This document shows positions 25,480-37,843 of a DNA stretch of 64,000 nt, piece after piece. The notes under the pieces were generated by a model. The model made no database searches and was not told where the DNA came from. It saw only the letters and a list, made by a program, of their open reading frames with translations. The DNA comes from Eledone cirrhosa (taxonomy: Eukaryota): NCBI GenBank assembly GCA_964016885.1, contig OZ024741.1, positions 281,294,001 through 281,358,000 of the forward strand, written 5' to 3'. The position numbers and the translations under genes are program-made. Numbering within the stretch: the first letter of the stretch is position 1; every line of letters starts with the position of its first letter.

Positions 25480-26785
25480 ATGTACAGTGACAACAAAGAT
25501 AATACGTCATTAATGTGGATATATGTTGTAATGATGAAAGAATGGTATTTAACTAATGTATTGGTATGCATTGGGGCCCACCCACAGCCTCAGCGGACAG
25601 AATGGAGAAGGCATTTCCCAGGAGGACGGCAAGGGAGACGCGCTGGAAAAGCCACTCCAACTCGCGGGGCCCACACCTGCGGCTGGCCAGCTCAGCGCCT
25701 ATTGTGGTGAGTAAGGAGGTAGCCCTGGGGCCGAGGACACCAGAAGTTTCCACTGCCAGGGGAATGACCGCAAACCTGTCGGAGAACGACTGGTATTTGA
25801 GGAGTTTGGCCCCCTCAGCCCGACGTGCAGCAGAACCTGGGTCAGTCGCAGACTGCACCAGGTTGCAGCTGCAGAAAGTATCGGTGCAAGTGGCATCCCA
25901 GACGAGGGATTTGCCACCGCGGAACGAGAAGATGGTCATGCCATCTGGCCTTTTGCCGTCCCCTCGATGCAGCCCCACCGGCTCGAGCTGGGAAGGGAGG
26001 CCTGCAGTGTCCAAGCCATGCTTAATGACCTCGTTGAGGGCAGTATGGCGGGGAATGTGGCCGGAACTGTGGCGACAGGAAAGCGGGTGGAGGCCGAAAG
26101 AGTCCACGGTGGAACCGCAGCGATGTTGGTGTGGCTGGCAGATCCGGAGGCCGAGCCTCAGGGAAATGCCGATTCGCAGGCTATGGTTGTCTAGCTGGAG
26201 AAGGAGGGCAGAGCATGGAGCCAGGCACCACAGTGGAGTTTGGAGGCCGCACGAAAACAAGCAAGGCGGTGCTGGTCGAGCTGGCGCGTGAGCCTGTCTG
26301 AGGCCAGGCTGCACTGGATGGCATCCCAAGTGCGTTGGGGGGACTTGACGTCAACAGGGGAAGAAGGAGGAGGGATGTCTACTGGGCTAAGTCCCAGCCA
26401 GTCCCACGTCACACAGGCGGCCTCACGTTCTATGAACACAGAGGGTTCTGTTGTGTTTTGAAGAACCCTGCTGATGAGGACGCGGCACGAGGTTACCGAC
26501 GAAAGATACGCCGGCAAAGCTAGTGAGATCGGGGATCGGAGGCCTAGGCCGCCATACCTGACAGGTAAAGTGGCCTGTTGCCACCCTATGTCGTCAAACT
26601 TGACGTTGCATATTCTCTCGGCTGCTGCTCGGATACAAGTATCAAGGTCAGCGAGGAAAGATGTCTGGGTGTAGCATGGAGTACTGCGGAGTGTATAGAG
26701 GAGCTTCGGCATGGCGAAGCAGTTCCTCAGCAGAAAGAGAGCTGGGTGGCCGTCAATCAAGCCCAGTCGGCTCGTTGAATGTTTA
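25480..26785 (-). mobile_element. CRE-clade non-LTR retrotransposon, 5'-truncated (RT thumb, zinc knuckle, restriction-like endonuclease)
   Basis: LFLLRNCFAMPKLLYTLRS, QATLPVRYGGLGLRS, GAWLHALP, HPLSC..SGHIPRHTALNEVI, GKRPDGMT...LVWDATCTDT (PD-D RLE), PLAVETSGVLG, LFQRVSLAVLLGNA; one frameshift near 26200-26330; GC-rich. Confidence 0.85.
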
Positions 26786-27579
26786 ATATTGAAAATAGCA
26801 CATTTCAAACCAAGAAAAATAGAAAAACTAGTGTAGAATTAAAGTCTAAACAAAAACAATTTGACTAAAGGCTTGCAGTGCTGTTTTTCTTACCCAAAAG
26901 GTTCCAAGAAAATTCTAAAAAAAGTTTAATTATTCATTTTTTAATATTTATAATTTGCATCCATTACTATGTACCAAGATTTACTGCCCTGCCATAGATA
27001 TTTTACTGCATCTATTTGCCAAATCAATGATGTCTTCAGGAATGTTACTACTTACAACCATCCATTAATCAGATTCTCTTCTATAATAATTTAGTCTATC
27101 TAGGACTGTAGAGGTTATGGAGACTGAAGAACTTGTTTAAGATCATAGCAGTATATAATCCTTATATTCAGAGTTCTGATTTCTATCGATCTTATTGTAG
27201 TGAATAGACTGGAGTGATTTGTTATTGCTTTATTGAGGTTCATAGGAGAGGGGGCTGGAATTGAACTAAGTACTGGAACTAAAGAGCATTCTTTAATTCA
27301 ATAGTGGTGTTGTTGCTTAGTGATCAACTATATAATCTTAACCAGAGAATTATGATAATGGTAAATTCCTGCTAAGGGATGTGTTTTGGACAAAGAACCA
27401 AATGTAATGGCAACGACAATATATAAACCAACAACTTCTTAGTTATTTTCCCAGTACTTTATCAATTTGGTTTGGTCATCTAGTCTCATTTTAAAGCATA
27501 ACATGAATGAAATATAATAGTCATTCAGTCATTTAAACTACTTGTGTCAAGCTAGTCATAAATTTTATTATAGAATTGT

Positions 27580-27945
27580 CCTAACACTCCTCCATGTCCT
27601 AACACTCCACCCACGCCCTAATACACCACTCCGCGCACACATCCCTAGATCTACCCCCCTATGCAAGTCCTCAACCCACACTGTAAAGTGGTAGTTTTGG
27701 TGCCACGACTAGAATCACCCAACCCACAATGTAAAGTGGGCATATAGGTAACATGACAAAAAGCACCCAGCCCACACTGTAAATGTGGTTGGTATTAGGA
27801 AGAGCATCCACCCCTAGAAACCCAGCCAGAAATAGTTATCTATAAGCAAGACACTGTCACCTGACCTAACTTACCTCAAATGGGACAACTATTCTAACCC
27901 ATGCTAACGTGGAAAATAAATGTTAAATGGTGATGATGATATTGA
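27580..27945 (+). mobile_element. RTE B-like 3' UTR, older copy
   Basis: Homologous to 16420-16785; repeated cacactgtaaa units and a (gat)n tail. Confidence 0.75.
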
Positions 27946-29589
27946 TGATTTTTATTTTTAGATATTTTGATAGATATCATTGACTTCTTACAACAGCAAA
28001 AGAATTCATATTTTGGAGGATAGGTATAGTGGATTCAGTCAAATAAAGTACCAGTAAAATACTGGTATTTCACTGGTACTTTATTTTATCAACTCCGGAA
28101 GGATGAAAAGCAAAGTTGACCTTCATGGGCTTCAAAATCAGAGTAGAATATTTTGTGGACAAGATAAACAATCTCTATTTTATGACAACAAAATATTTCA
28201 AGATCATATAACAAAGGTCTGTTACTTATGTGTGGAGGGGAGTTTCTTTCATAAGTTTGTGGGGGAAATCTGTTACATAGAGATATGTGTATATGGGATA
28301 TTTTACATGTATGACTTGGTAGTATGTACCATGGTTTTAGGTACCCATAGAGCCACAAACAGACAGAAACACACTCACAACCCACCCTCCCTTAATCCAG
28401 TGAAACATTCAGAATGTGACAGCTGGAAGAAGAAAGAGATGCACCGGCAATGGGCTGGTAATTTCTTTATCAACCCCTTAAGGATGAAAGTCAAAGTGGA
28501 TTTCAGTAGGGTTTGAACTCAGAACAGAGAGACCCATGGAACAAATAATCAATGCTCTAACAACTCTAACAAATCAACCAACTTAATATTTGAGAATAAC
28601 ACCCCCTTGTTCGAGGATAATACCTCCATATTTATAGTTTCCTCATGACCACACTGACACTAACAGCAAAAGACTTTGCAGCAATTGTTGGCAAAGATAA
28701 TTGGAACTGATGGTGTTTCTATTATCACCCATGATATACCCTTCAGATGGTCTTTACTAAACTTTTTCCTCTATAGGAACAAATGATTGTTGTGTCCCAA
28801 CTCACAAACTTTGACTCTCCCAGACAGCAGCTTTTATATTCACTTCTAACATCACATATATGATATATATATGGACTGTAATTCCAAATGAAGTCATAGA
28901 GGCACTGTAGTGATATACATTGACTTGGACATTCCAATGTTTGCAGAGCCCATATATTCTATGTGAACTTCCATCTGGACACTCTTTTGGATCACTGGAC
29001 CTGTCATTGTTTTTTGCATATACCAGTATCTCATGAATCACAAACATCTTTCTTTCATTAACTCTCTCACCATCTATTCTTTTGCTCACTCTCCTTTATC
29101 TTTCTATTTCTTATTTAATTTCTCATACTATTTTCTGATGAAGGGTTACCATTTTCCATATATGGTAGCTGAAAAATATTTGGCTATTCTAAAAAGAATA
29201 TTAGCTTCCTGATTTTTTCATAGCAAGAATTTGTTATTCCCGAGTCACATAACGACATAATTCTCCTTGCATACATTTCACTACATCTCAAGAGAACGTC
29301 TCCACCTGTTACCATTATGTCTTTCTATTTTTCAAAGGCAATATTTGGTTGTACTTTTTTAAAAATATTTATTTCTGCATCCACAAATTGGTGTTTCTCA
29401 CTTTCATAAGATCCTACTTAGAGTGAAAGCAGAAATTGTTTGCTTGAAATTTAATCTGTGCTAATAATAATAAATATTTACTCAATGGGTTTATATATAT
29501 ACAATCCTTATCGAGTGCTCTCTGGATTTTGGTCTGTGTATTTTTTATATGATTGCCTGAGCTACTTTCATATAGTCTGTGAGGGAAGC

Positions 29590-30285
29590 TGTCTCTATTA
29601 CAGAGGGAATCTCTGAGACAGCCACCACAAACTTCACCCCAGGTGAAAGCCATGATGGGTGTCAGTTAGAAGACCATTTTCTTCAAGAAAAGTTATGTTT
29701 TTTTCTGATGATTTGTTCCATGACTTTGCTGATATGTGAGGTCAGGGAGACAGGTCTGTACTTTTTAGAAGCTGCTCTGTTTCTTCCTTTATGGATAGGA
29801 CATATGCCTTCTTTTAGTTTTCCGGGTAGGTTACCACTTGCAAGGGAGTTTTGGAAGAGGATCTGCAGTGGTTTGCTAATGTTCATTTGCATGTTTTTAG
29901 GAGGATTGCTGGGAAACCATCAGGGCCGGCAGCTGAATTTGGCTTCATTTTGTCTGTGACTGATATTATATCTTTCTCTTTTATATTTATAGAGTTGATG
30001 CTTGTAATTTCTCTGTGTAATGCAGTGGTGTTAAAGAATTCATCTGGATTATTCATTTGCATGTGTCTTATTGGAGGTGTGAAAACAAATTTATATTGCT
30101 TGTTCAGTACCTCACTTATCCCATAGGGGGTCTGTGGTCAGTTAGTCTCTTTTATGAAAATGTGGCCCTATTCCATATTGTATCAAGTCGGTCTCTTTTG
30201 CAAATTTAAAGGAAGCCTGTATGTTTTCTACAGCCCTGGCTGCTCTTTCTGCCCTCTTCTTTTCATAGGAGAGTTTGAATTCAAT
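29590..30285 (-). mobile_element. Older CR1-group LINE fragment
   Basis: LQILFQNSLASGNLPGKLKEGICPIHKGRNRAASKKYRPVSLTSHISKVMEQIIRKK is homologous to 34043-34312. Confidence 0.85.
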
Positions 30286-30465
30286 TTCAAATTATATCTA
30301 TCTATCTACTAATATAATATAGTTATAATTAACATGTATGATGTAGTTAATTAATAATTTCCAGTTATTCTATAAATGCATATAACATTATAACCATACT
30401 GAAATGTGCATACAAATGAAGGAATATCCATATATATATATATGTGTGTGTTTGTATATACTATG

Positions 30466-30499
<34 letters not shown>

Positions 30500-30550
30500 C
30501 AGCGAGAGAGATAGACATATTTGTATGTATATACTATATATATATACATT

Positions 30551-30640
<90 letters not shown>

Positions 30641-31559
30641 ATCATCATCACCATTTAAAGTCAATTTTTCCACATTAGCATTGGTTCGAGTTGTCTTGTG
30701 AGACAATCCACATCGAATGACCATATTTTGCTCATACAGAAATTGTTATGACTTGGTTTCTACAGCTCACTGCCCTTCCTAAAACCAACCACATTTATAG
30801 TGTGTGGTCAATATTTATTTATAAAACAAATCTGTATTTTATCTGATGAAAGCGCACATATAGGCTTGGCAACTTGTTGGTTGGTCGTGATTTTCCTTAT
30901 TGCGAGATTTGAAATTTAAATCGACAGAAATCGGAAAGTTATAACTTTACTAACTCTTTAAAATTAACCAAAAACCACTGTATCAGATGATGATTCGTGT
31001 GTTAGCGTTTTTAATGGGTTTATTTTCGCTGTCTAAAAAAACGGGACACACACACGTGCTCTCTTTGTCTGCCATACAGAATATAGAGAGCTAGTTAAGT
31101 AACGTAATGAAATTTTAATTTAATTTAATTTTATTTCATTTTGTGTAACGTGATTAATTTAATATAATTTAATATAATTTTATTTTTATTTTTAATTCAG
31201 TGAGCATATATATTTGTTATTGTTTTTGATATACTGATATTGTGATAACTACGTTTCACGATATATATATACGGTGTCCGTTGTTTATACTTGTAAACAA
31301 GCCGATACTGAAGTTAAAATCAGCTTATATAAATCCTTCGCTATTCTATATCTTTAACTTATTTGGCTTTCATTAACTTATTTTAATCTGTTTACTTTGT
31401 CTCCTCTCCTTTTATATTTCCTGTTGATATCATTTGTTTTCACTTTCTTTTGGTGTTTTAACCGCGAAATATTATTGTTTTTCGAACAACATTAATCATT
31501 CATATTTAAAGTTGTCATTGACCGTTTCAATTATACGCTGCTATCTTTCACGCTGTCTC

Positions 31560-34500
31560 TCTCGTTCTTTCTTTCTTTCTTTCTTTCTCTTTATCTCTCT
31601 CTCTAGATCGCACAAGCTCTCTCTCCCTCTAAATCGTACCTTGAATTTCTCTAGATCGCACAAGCACTCTCTCTCTTCCCCTCTAAATCGTACCTTGAAT
31701 GGTGGACTTATCTCTCTTTCCCTCTCTAACATTTTCCCTACCCTTCCCTCTATCTCTCCCCTCCACAGCGAAATGGACTGCATGCAGGGAAAAGGTAAAA
31801 TTAAAAGCCAGCGAAACTGGTCAAAGATGGAACTAGCGGTTTTGATCAAAAGGTGGAGCCTGGCTGATTGGTCACCACCAAGCAAAAAGATTGCGGAGAC
31901 CCTGAGGAACCATGGCTTCCTGAGGACTCTGGTGCAGATAGAAAGAAAAAGAAAAGAAATCGAGAAGGCCTATGAACTCATAGCGCCACATATGGCGATG
32001 CTAAGCCGTGTCCTCAAGGAGGAGAAAGAGAGAGGAAAAGAAAAAGAAAAGGAAAGGGAAGAAAGCACAAGCATGGACCTGAAAGAAAGTGAGATACCCG
32101 CCGCCAGTCAGCGAGGGCAGGCCGGGCAACCAACAAGCAAATGGTAAAGGTGAGAAGCGAAATCACCTCCCGAAGGAGAACCATGCAGAGAGGGACCAGT
32201 GGACAACTGTCCAAAGGAAGAACAAAAAGCACTGAGACACCGGGAGCAAGAAAACCCAGGTAATGTGCAAGTTCTTCAGGAATGGGACCTGCTGGCATGG
32301 AGAGACAGGGGTGGGCTGCAGATTCGCTCACCGCAGGCCCCAAATGAACTATGCCCATGCCCCAGCCAAAGCCAAAACAAGCCGCTCCAGAAGTATGCTG
32401 ATGTCGCACGTGCCACGCCAACAAGGAGAAGGCACGCACATGTCGACGAGATACAGATGGAAGCAGCAGAGCAGAACATTTTTTTAGTGATGGCAGAGAA
32501 GATTGTGGGACAGCTGACCTGGCTGCATCGTTTTCAGAGCCAGGGTCACCCACACCAGCACTCAAGACCACCACAATTAAGGGACCCAGAGTGGCCGCCA
32601 CTGACACCAGGCCTGGTATCATATCGACAGCCATTGCTGGCACCCCAAAAGTCACACCAGTGCTGCTGCTGAATGTCAGAGGGCTGGTGAAACTCACTAA
32701 AATGAGTAAAATTTCCTACCTGGGAGACTTAGCCGTAAGCAATCAAGCATTATGCATGGCACTAACTGAAATGCACCTGACAAGCAGTATAGCAGATACA
32801 GAAATACATATACCGAAATATACTGTATTTCATTCGGACAGGAAGGAGAGAACTCATGGTGGGTTGCTCTGTATATCCGTGAAGATGTCACACCAATTGT
32901 ACTGTTGACACATTCAAACTCAGTCTGTGACACACTGATAGTACATATGAAGCAACTAAAGACAGTAATATGTATAACATATCGGCCGCCCGATGCCCCC
33001 AGTCATGAGGGTAAATTTGAGGATAGCCTCAGTAGGATAGAAGAAGTCCTTGACAAACTGGACCAGAGTCTCAACATTCTACTGCTGGGAGACTTACACA
33101 TGCCAAAGGTCAAATGGCCTGAGGGCCACCTCCTCCCTGGAATGACGTCAATAGAACAGAGACAGATGGGATCTCTGCTGGCCCTCACACACAGGCTGTT
33201 CATGGAACAAGCAGTACTCCTCCCAACAAGAGGCGAAAACGTCCTGGACCTCTGTTTTACAAACAACAAAGTGCTCATCCACAATGTAAAGGTGACCCCA
33301 ACAATTTTCTCGGATCATAACTTAGTAGAACTAATGATATGTGGTCCGAGAGAACCAACAGAGACAAAACCATCAAGAAGCACCGGGACGTTATCCAGCC
33401 TTAACTTCTACAAGGCTAACTGGAAAAAGATCAAGAGAGAAATCCGGAAGCAAACATGGAGCGAAAACACCGCCACACAAGACACCAACACACAATTTCA
33501 AAACTTCATGACAACGATACACACTATATGCAAAAAGTTTGTCCCGGAGAAAAAGGCAAACAGATACAAAAATCTTATTCCCAGAGATAGGAAAATCCTT
33601 ATGAGACGTAGAACCAAGCTCTCAAACCAGTTGAATGCACAACAAGAGGGTAGGAGCAGAAGGAATCCTATTTGAAATGTGCACTACTTGACACCGAGAT
33701 TGCACTCAAACTTTCCCATGAAAATGAGAGGGCAAAGAAAGAAAGCAGGGCCATAGAAAATATTAAAACAAACCCTAAGGCCTTCTTTGAATTTGCAAAA
33801 GAAACTTCCTCGGTACACTGCAAGATTGGGCCACTCTTCCATACAGACGGTTCATTAACTGAGAATCCCCAAGAGATATGTGAAATACTGAACGAACAGT
33901 ACAAAAGTGTGTTCACATGTCCACTGAGGCACATGCAAATAACAAAGAACAGAGGCGTTCTTTGATGCCACAACACTACATGAAGAAATGGCGACCATCA
34001 ACCACATAGACATAACGGAGGAGGGTGTGGTATACATCGTAGATGAAATTAGAACAGACTGGACCTGATGCATTCCCAGCAGTCCTCTTAAAAACGTGTA
34101 AGCGGGCCTTAGCATCTCCACTGAAGATGCTCTTCAGAAGCTCCTTGGCTTGCGTTATACTACCCAGGGAGCTGAAAGAAGGCTCAATATGCCCTATCCA
34201 TAAAGGAGGTAGCAGGGTGGCAGCCAAAAACTATATGCCAGTCTCCCTGACGTCGCATATCTGTAAGGTCATGGAGCGAGTCGTCAGAAAGAAACTAATC
34301 ACTTTCCTCTAGGAAAATGACCGCCTGACTAGCACGCAGCATGGCTTCTGCCCAGGAAGAAGCTGCCTTACACAGCTGCTACATCACTACGACTGGGTAC
34401 TGAAACAACTGCTAGACAGCTCACATGTGGACGTGATATATCTTGACTTTGCGAAGGCCTTTGACAAGGTCGACCATAGAATGATATGTCACAAACTACA

Positions 34501-35661
34501 TGGACTCGGCATAACTGGAAAAGTAGGTGAGTGGCTGCATGACATCTTAAAGGACAGAAGCCAGGCAGTCGCAGCAAACGGGGCCCTCTCAAAGGAAACA
34601 TCAATAACAAGTGGGGTGCCGCAAGGGACAGTTCTGGGACCACTACTATTTTTGGTGGCTCTCTCAGACATGTCCTCTGTAGTACATACAACAACATCCC
34701 TCACTAGCTATGCTGATGACACTAAGGTAGCACAGGTAATCAAAAACCCGGCTGACGCTTCCATTTTACAACAAGATCTGGATTCCATATACAAATGGGC
34801 GGAAGAAAACAACATGCAGTTTAATGCTGGTCAATTCCAAGCCCTACAATACAAACCTGCAAACACAAATACAGTACAACATAGTTACGCAGGACCACGA
34901 GGGACCGATATCCCCGTGTCAAAATCGATACGAGACCTGGGTATAGACATGAGCGATGATGCAACTTTTTCCTCACACATCATGAAAGTGGCGACAATGT
35001 GCAGACGACTCACTGGCTGGATCTTGAGGACTTTCCCTACAAGAGACCGTGACACCATGTTGACACTATGGAGGACATTTGTCCTAAGCCGCCTGGACTA
35101 TTGCTCCCAGTTGTGGTCACCCCATAGTGTCAAACTAACCACGGAGCTTGAGGCAATCCAGTGAAGCTACACCAAAAGGATTGCCACGATGAAGGAGATA
35201 AGCTACTGGGTTCCTTGGAAAGAAGACGGGAGAGATACGCAGGGATCTACATGTGGAAAATCCTGGAGGAACTAGCACCAAACTTTGGCATTGGGAGCTG
35301 GACCAACCGTCGAGTAGGACGTCACTGTATGGTGCCAAAGGTCCCGTCTTCCACATCTAGAATAAGGAGTAGATACTGTAATAGCCTGGGATTCAAAGGC
35401 CCTCAACTCTTCAACAAGCTGCCGAGGGATCTGAGAGATCTGTATGGTGTGGAGGTGGATGTCTTCAAGAAACATCTTGACACCTTGCTATCCAGGATCC
35501 CGGATAAGCCCACAGCAAGGCATGAGGGAAACCTAAGGGCAGCAGCAACAAACTCCCTCTTACAGCAGTGGCCAACCAATACAGGCTGGAGATAAAATGT
35601 GTAGCAACAAGGGCGGTGCCCCAGCATGGCCTCAGCCGGATGGCTGGAACTAGTAAAAGAG
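31560..35661 (+). mobile_element. Near full-length CR1-group LINE (ORF1, APE, RT), decayed by frameshifts and stops; 5' boundary uncertain
   Basis: APE: LLNVRGL, ALTEMHL, YRPPD, LLGDLHMP, LDLCFTN, SDHNLV. RT: DVIYLDFAKAFDKVDH, GVPQGTVLGPLLF, YADDTK. C-terminus: SLERRRERY, GPQLFNKLP. Short 3' UTR ending gtaaaagag. Confidence 0.9.
31773..32672 (+). pseudogene. Putative ORF1 of the CR1-group LINE: Myb/SANT-like (trihelix) domain, charged linker, CCCH zinc finger
   Basis: RNWSKMELAVLIKRW...KKIAETLRNHGFLRTLVQIERKRKEIEKAY; QWTTVQRK; CKFFRNGTCWHGETGVGCRFAH; KYADVAR and EWPPL. Split over two frames. Confidence 0.6.
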
Positions 35662-35730
35662 ATATACATACATATATATATACCAAAATAAAGATCCGAA
35701 GGCATGGTATAAATTTCCAATCATTTTAAT

Positions 35731-35799
35731 CACGACACGTTTCAATAAGAGATAGATCAATCGTGTACCATGACTGATTATCACTGATCTCGTCAGGTG
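35731..35799 (-). ncRNA. Penelope-type hammerhead-like motif with extended stem II
   Basis: Minus strand CAC-CUGACGA-GAUCAGU...AUUGAUC-uaucucuuauu-GAAAC-GU-GUC-GUG. Confidence 0.45.
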
Positions 35800-36197
35800 A
35801 AAATGAATTGTCTTCAAATCCTTGATATGAGGGAGAAAATTAACGATGTTCACTCAGAGAGTTTAGTCCCTCATATGAAGATCAAGCAGTCAGAACACGG
35901 CGACTGCTATCGTCCTCAGTTAGGGTCATAAAACTATCAAATCTCCCAATAGCTGTAATAGACGCTGGACATTAATCAAATCTGTAGAATTATAGTCGGT
36001 CACAGTTAATGTGAGTGGGTACACACACACTCACACACACCGACGTGAAGTCAAAGAAAAAATATATACATATATAACATAGCATCAAATCTGTAGAACT
36101 ATGTATATATATATATATATATATATACATATATGTATATATATATATATATATATATGTATATACATATATGTATATATATATGTATATACATATG

Positions 36198-36230
<33 letters not shown>

Positions 36231-36297
36231 GTATATACATATATGTATATATATATATATGTATATATATATATGTATACATATATATGTATATACA

Positions 36298-36455
36298 TAT
36301 CATCATCATCATCATCATTTTACGTCCGCTTTTCCTTGCTTGCAAGGGTAGGACGGGAACTTATTCTGGCTTGATTTCTACAGCTGGATGCCCTTCCTAA
36401 CACCAACCTCATTTACAGTGAGTGGTGGGTGCTTTTTTTTGCTGTGGCACCTCCA
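36298..36455 (-). mobile_element. Chimeric RTE tail (family B 3' UTR joined to family C terminus)
   Basis: B-type gttggtgttaggaagggcatccagctgtagaaatcaagccaga joined to C-type cccttgcaagcaaggaaaagcggacgtaaaa(tga)n. Confidence 0.8.
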
Positions 36456-36696
36456 ATTGATAATGATATCATTATCAATTATATTATATATCGTACTGTA
36501 ATTCTCGCTTTATATCACCACTTGTGTTTAATTTTAGTGTTTGCATTGTACTATATTTGTAATATGGTTCATAATGTTATTCACTTCCTTAGCAATTTTT
36601 ACTTCATAATTTTCCTATGCTTTAATGTATGTATACTCCATATTCTTCTGAGTTTTTGGCTTGTATTGGCCGATAGTGCTTCTTATAGCTTTACTT

Positions 36697-36734
36697 GCCC
36701 TGATGAGTCCTTAATAGGACGAAACATTGTCGGC
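36697..36734 (+). ncRNA. Minimal type I hammerhead ribozyme in a Penelope-like pLTR remnant (~36455-36782)
   Basis: GCC-CUGAUGA-GUCC-uuaaua-GGAC-GAAAC-auu-GUC-GGC: complete catalytic core, paired stems I and II, GUC cleavage triplet, followed by AATAAA. Confidence 0.85.
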
Positions 36735-36779
36735 TAATAAAACCTTTTGATGTATTAAAGGATTCTTTGTTTTACTCTC

Positions 36780-36813
<34 letters not shown>

Positions 36814-36815
<2 letters not shown>

Positions 36816-36876
36816 AGGGCGGTGCCCCAGCATGGCCTCAGCCGGATGGCTGAAACAGGTAAAAGAGTAAAAGAGT
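36814..36876 (+). mobile_element. Isolated 3' tail of the CR1-group LINE within (TA)n
   Basis: caagggcggtgccccagcatggcctcagccggatggctgaaacag followed by (gtaaaaga)2. Confidence 0.85.
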
Positions 36877-37311
36877 ATATATGGTGGCTGCCAACTCGTT
36901 TTCGAGTACGGCCACTACTTTATATCCATGTAGGAGAACCCCTACCGATGCGCTGAACGAGTGTGACTTTTTAGTCCAGCCAGCGACATGAAAACTCTGG
37001 TACAAACACTACACTTGTGACAATTATTGACACATAGTGCTGGGCCCATGGTACCATGTAACGACAAGTGCAGAGAGATGTCCAGATATAAAGCAATGCC
37101 TGTGCCGTGAAGCTTTTATAGTGAGCAAAGGCACTGAACAAAGCCACTCCCACTCTCTTAACCAAGATGATATTTACCAAAAAGAAGAACAAGTCAACAT
37201 CATTGGATACCATGAGGGTTGCAGGTGTTATATCATAGTTTTCCTTCTCCTAGAATTCTGCCTTGACAAAGGCTAAGGGGTCATCTCTCCCGAAGATGTA
37301 TATATATATAC

Positions 37312-37360
<49 letters not shown>

Positions 37361-37383
37361 CACATATATATATATATATACAC

Positions 37384-37666
<283 letters not shown>

Positions 37667-37679
37667 CATATATATATAC

Positions 37680-37744
<65 letters not shown>

Positions 37745-37757
37745 CATATATATATAC

Positions 37758-37820
<63 letters not shown>

Positions 37821-37843
37821 CATATACATATATATACATATAC

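Noticed and set aside
25566-26291. 241-aa plus-strand ORF
   Set aside because: Antisense shadow of the GC-rich CRE ORF.
28600-29200. Possible Penelope GIY-YIG remnant with ctgatgaagg...tgaaa at ~29135 (similar hint at 17130-17460)
   Set aside because: Too decayed to support a protein or ribozyme call by eye.
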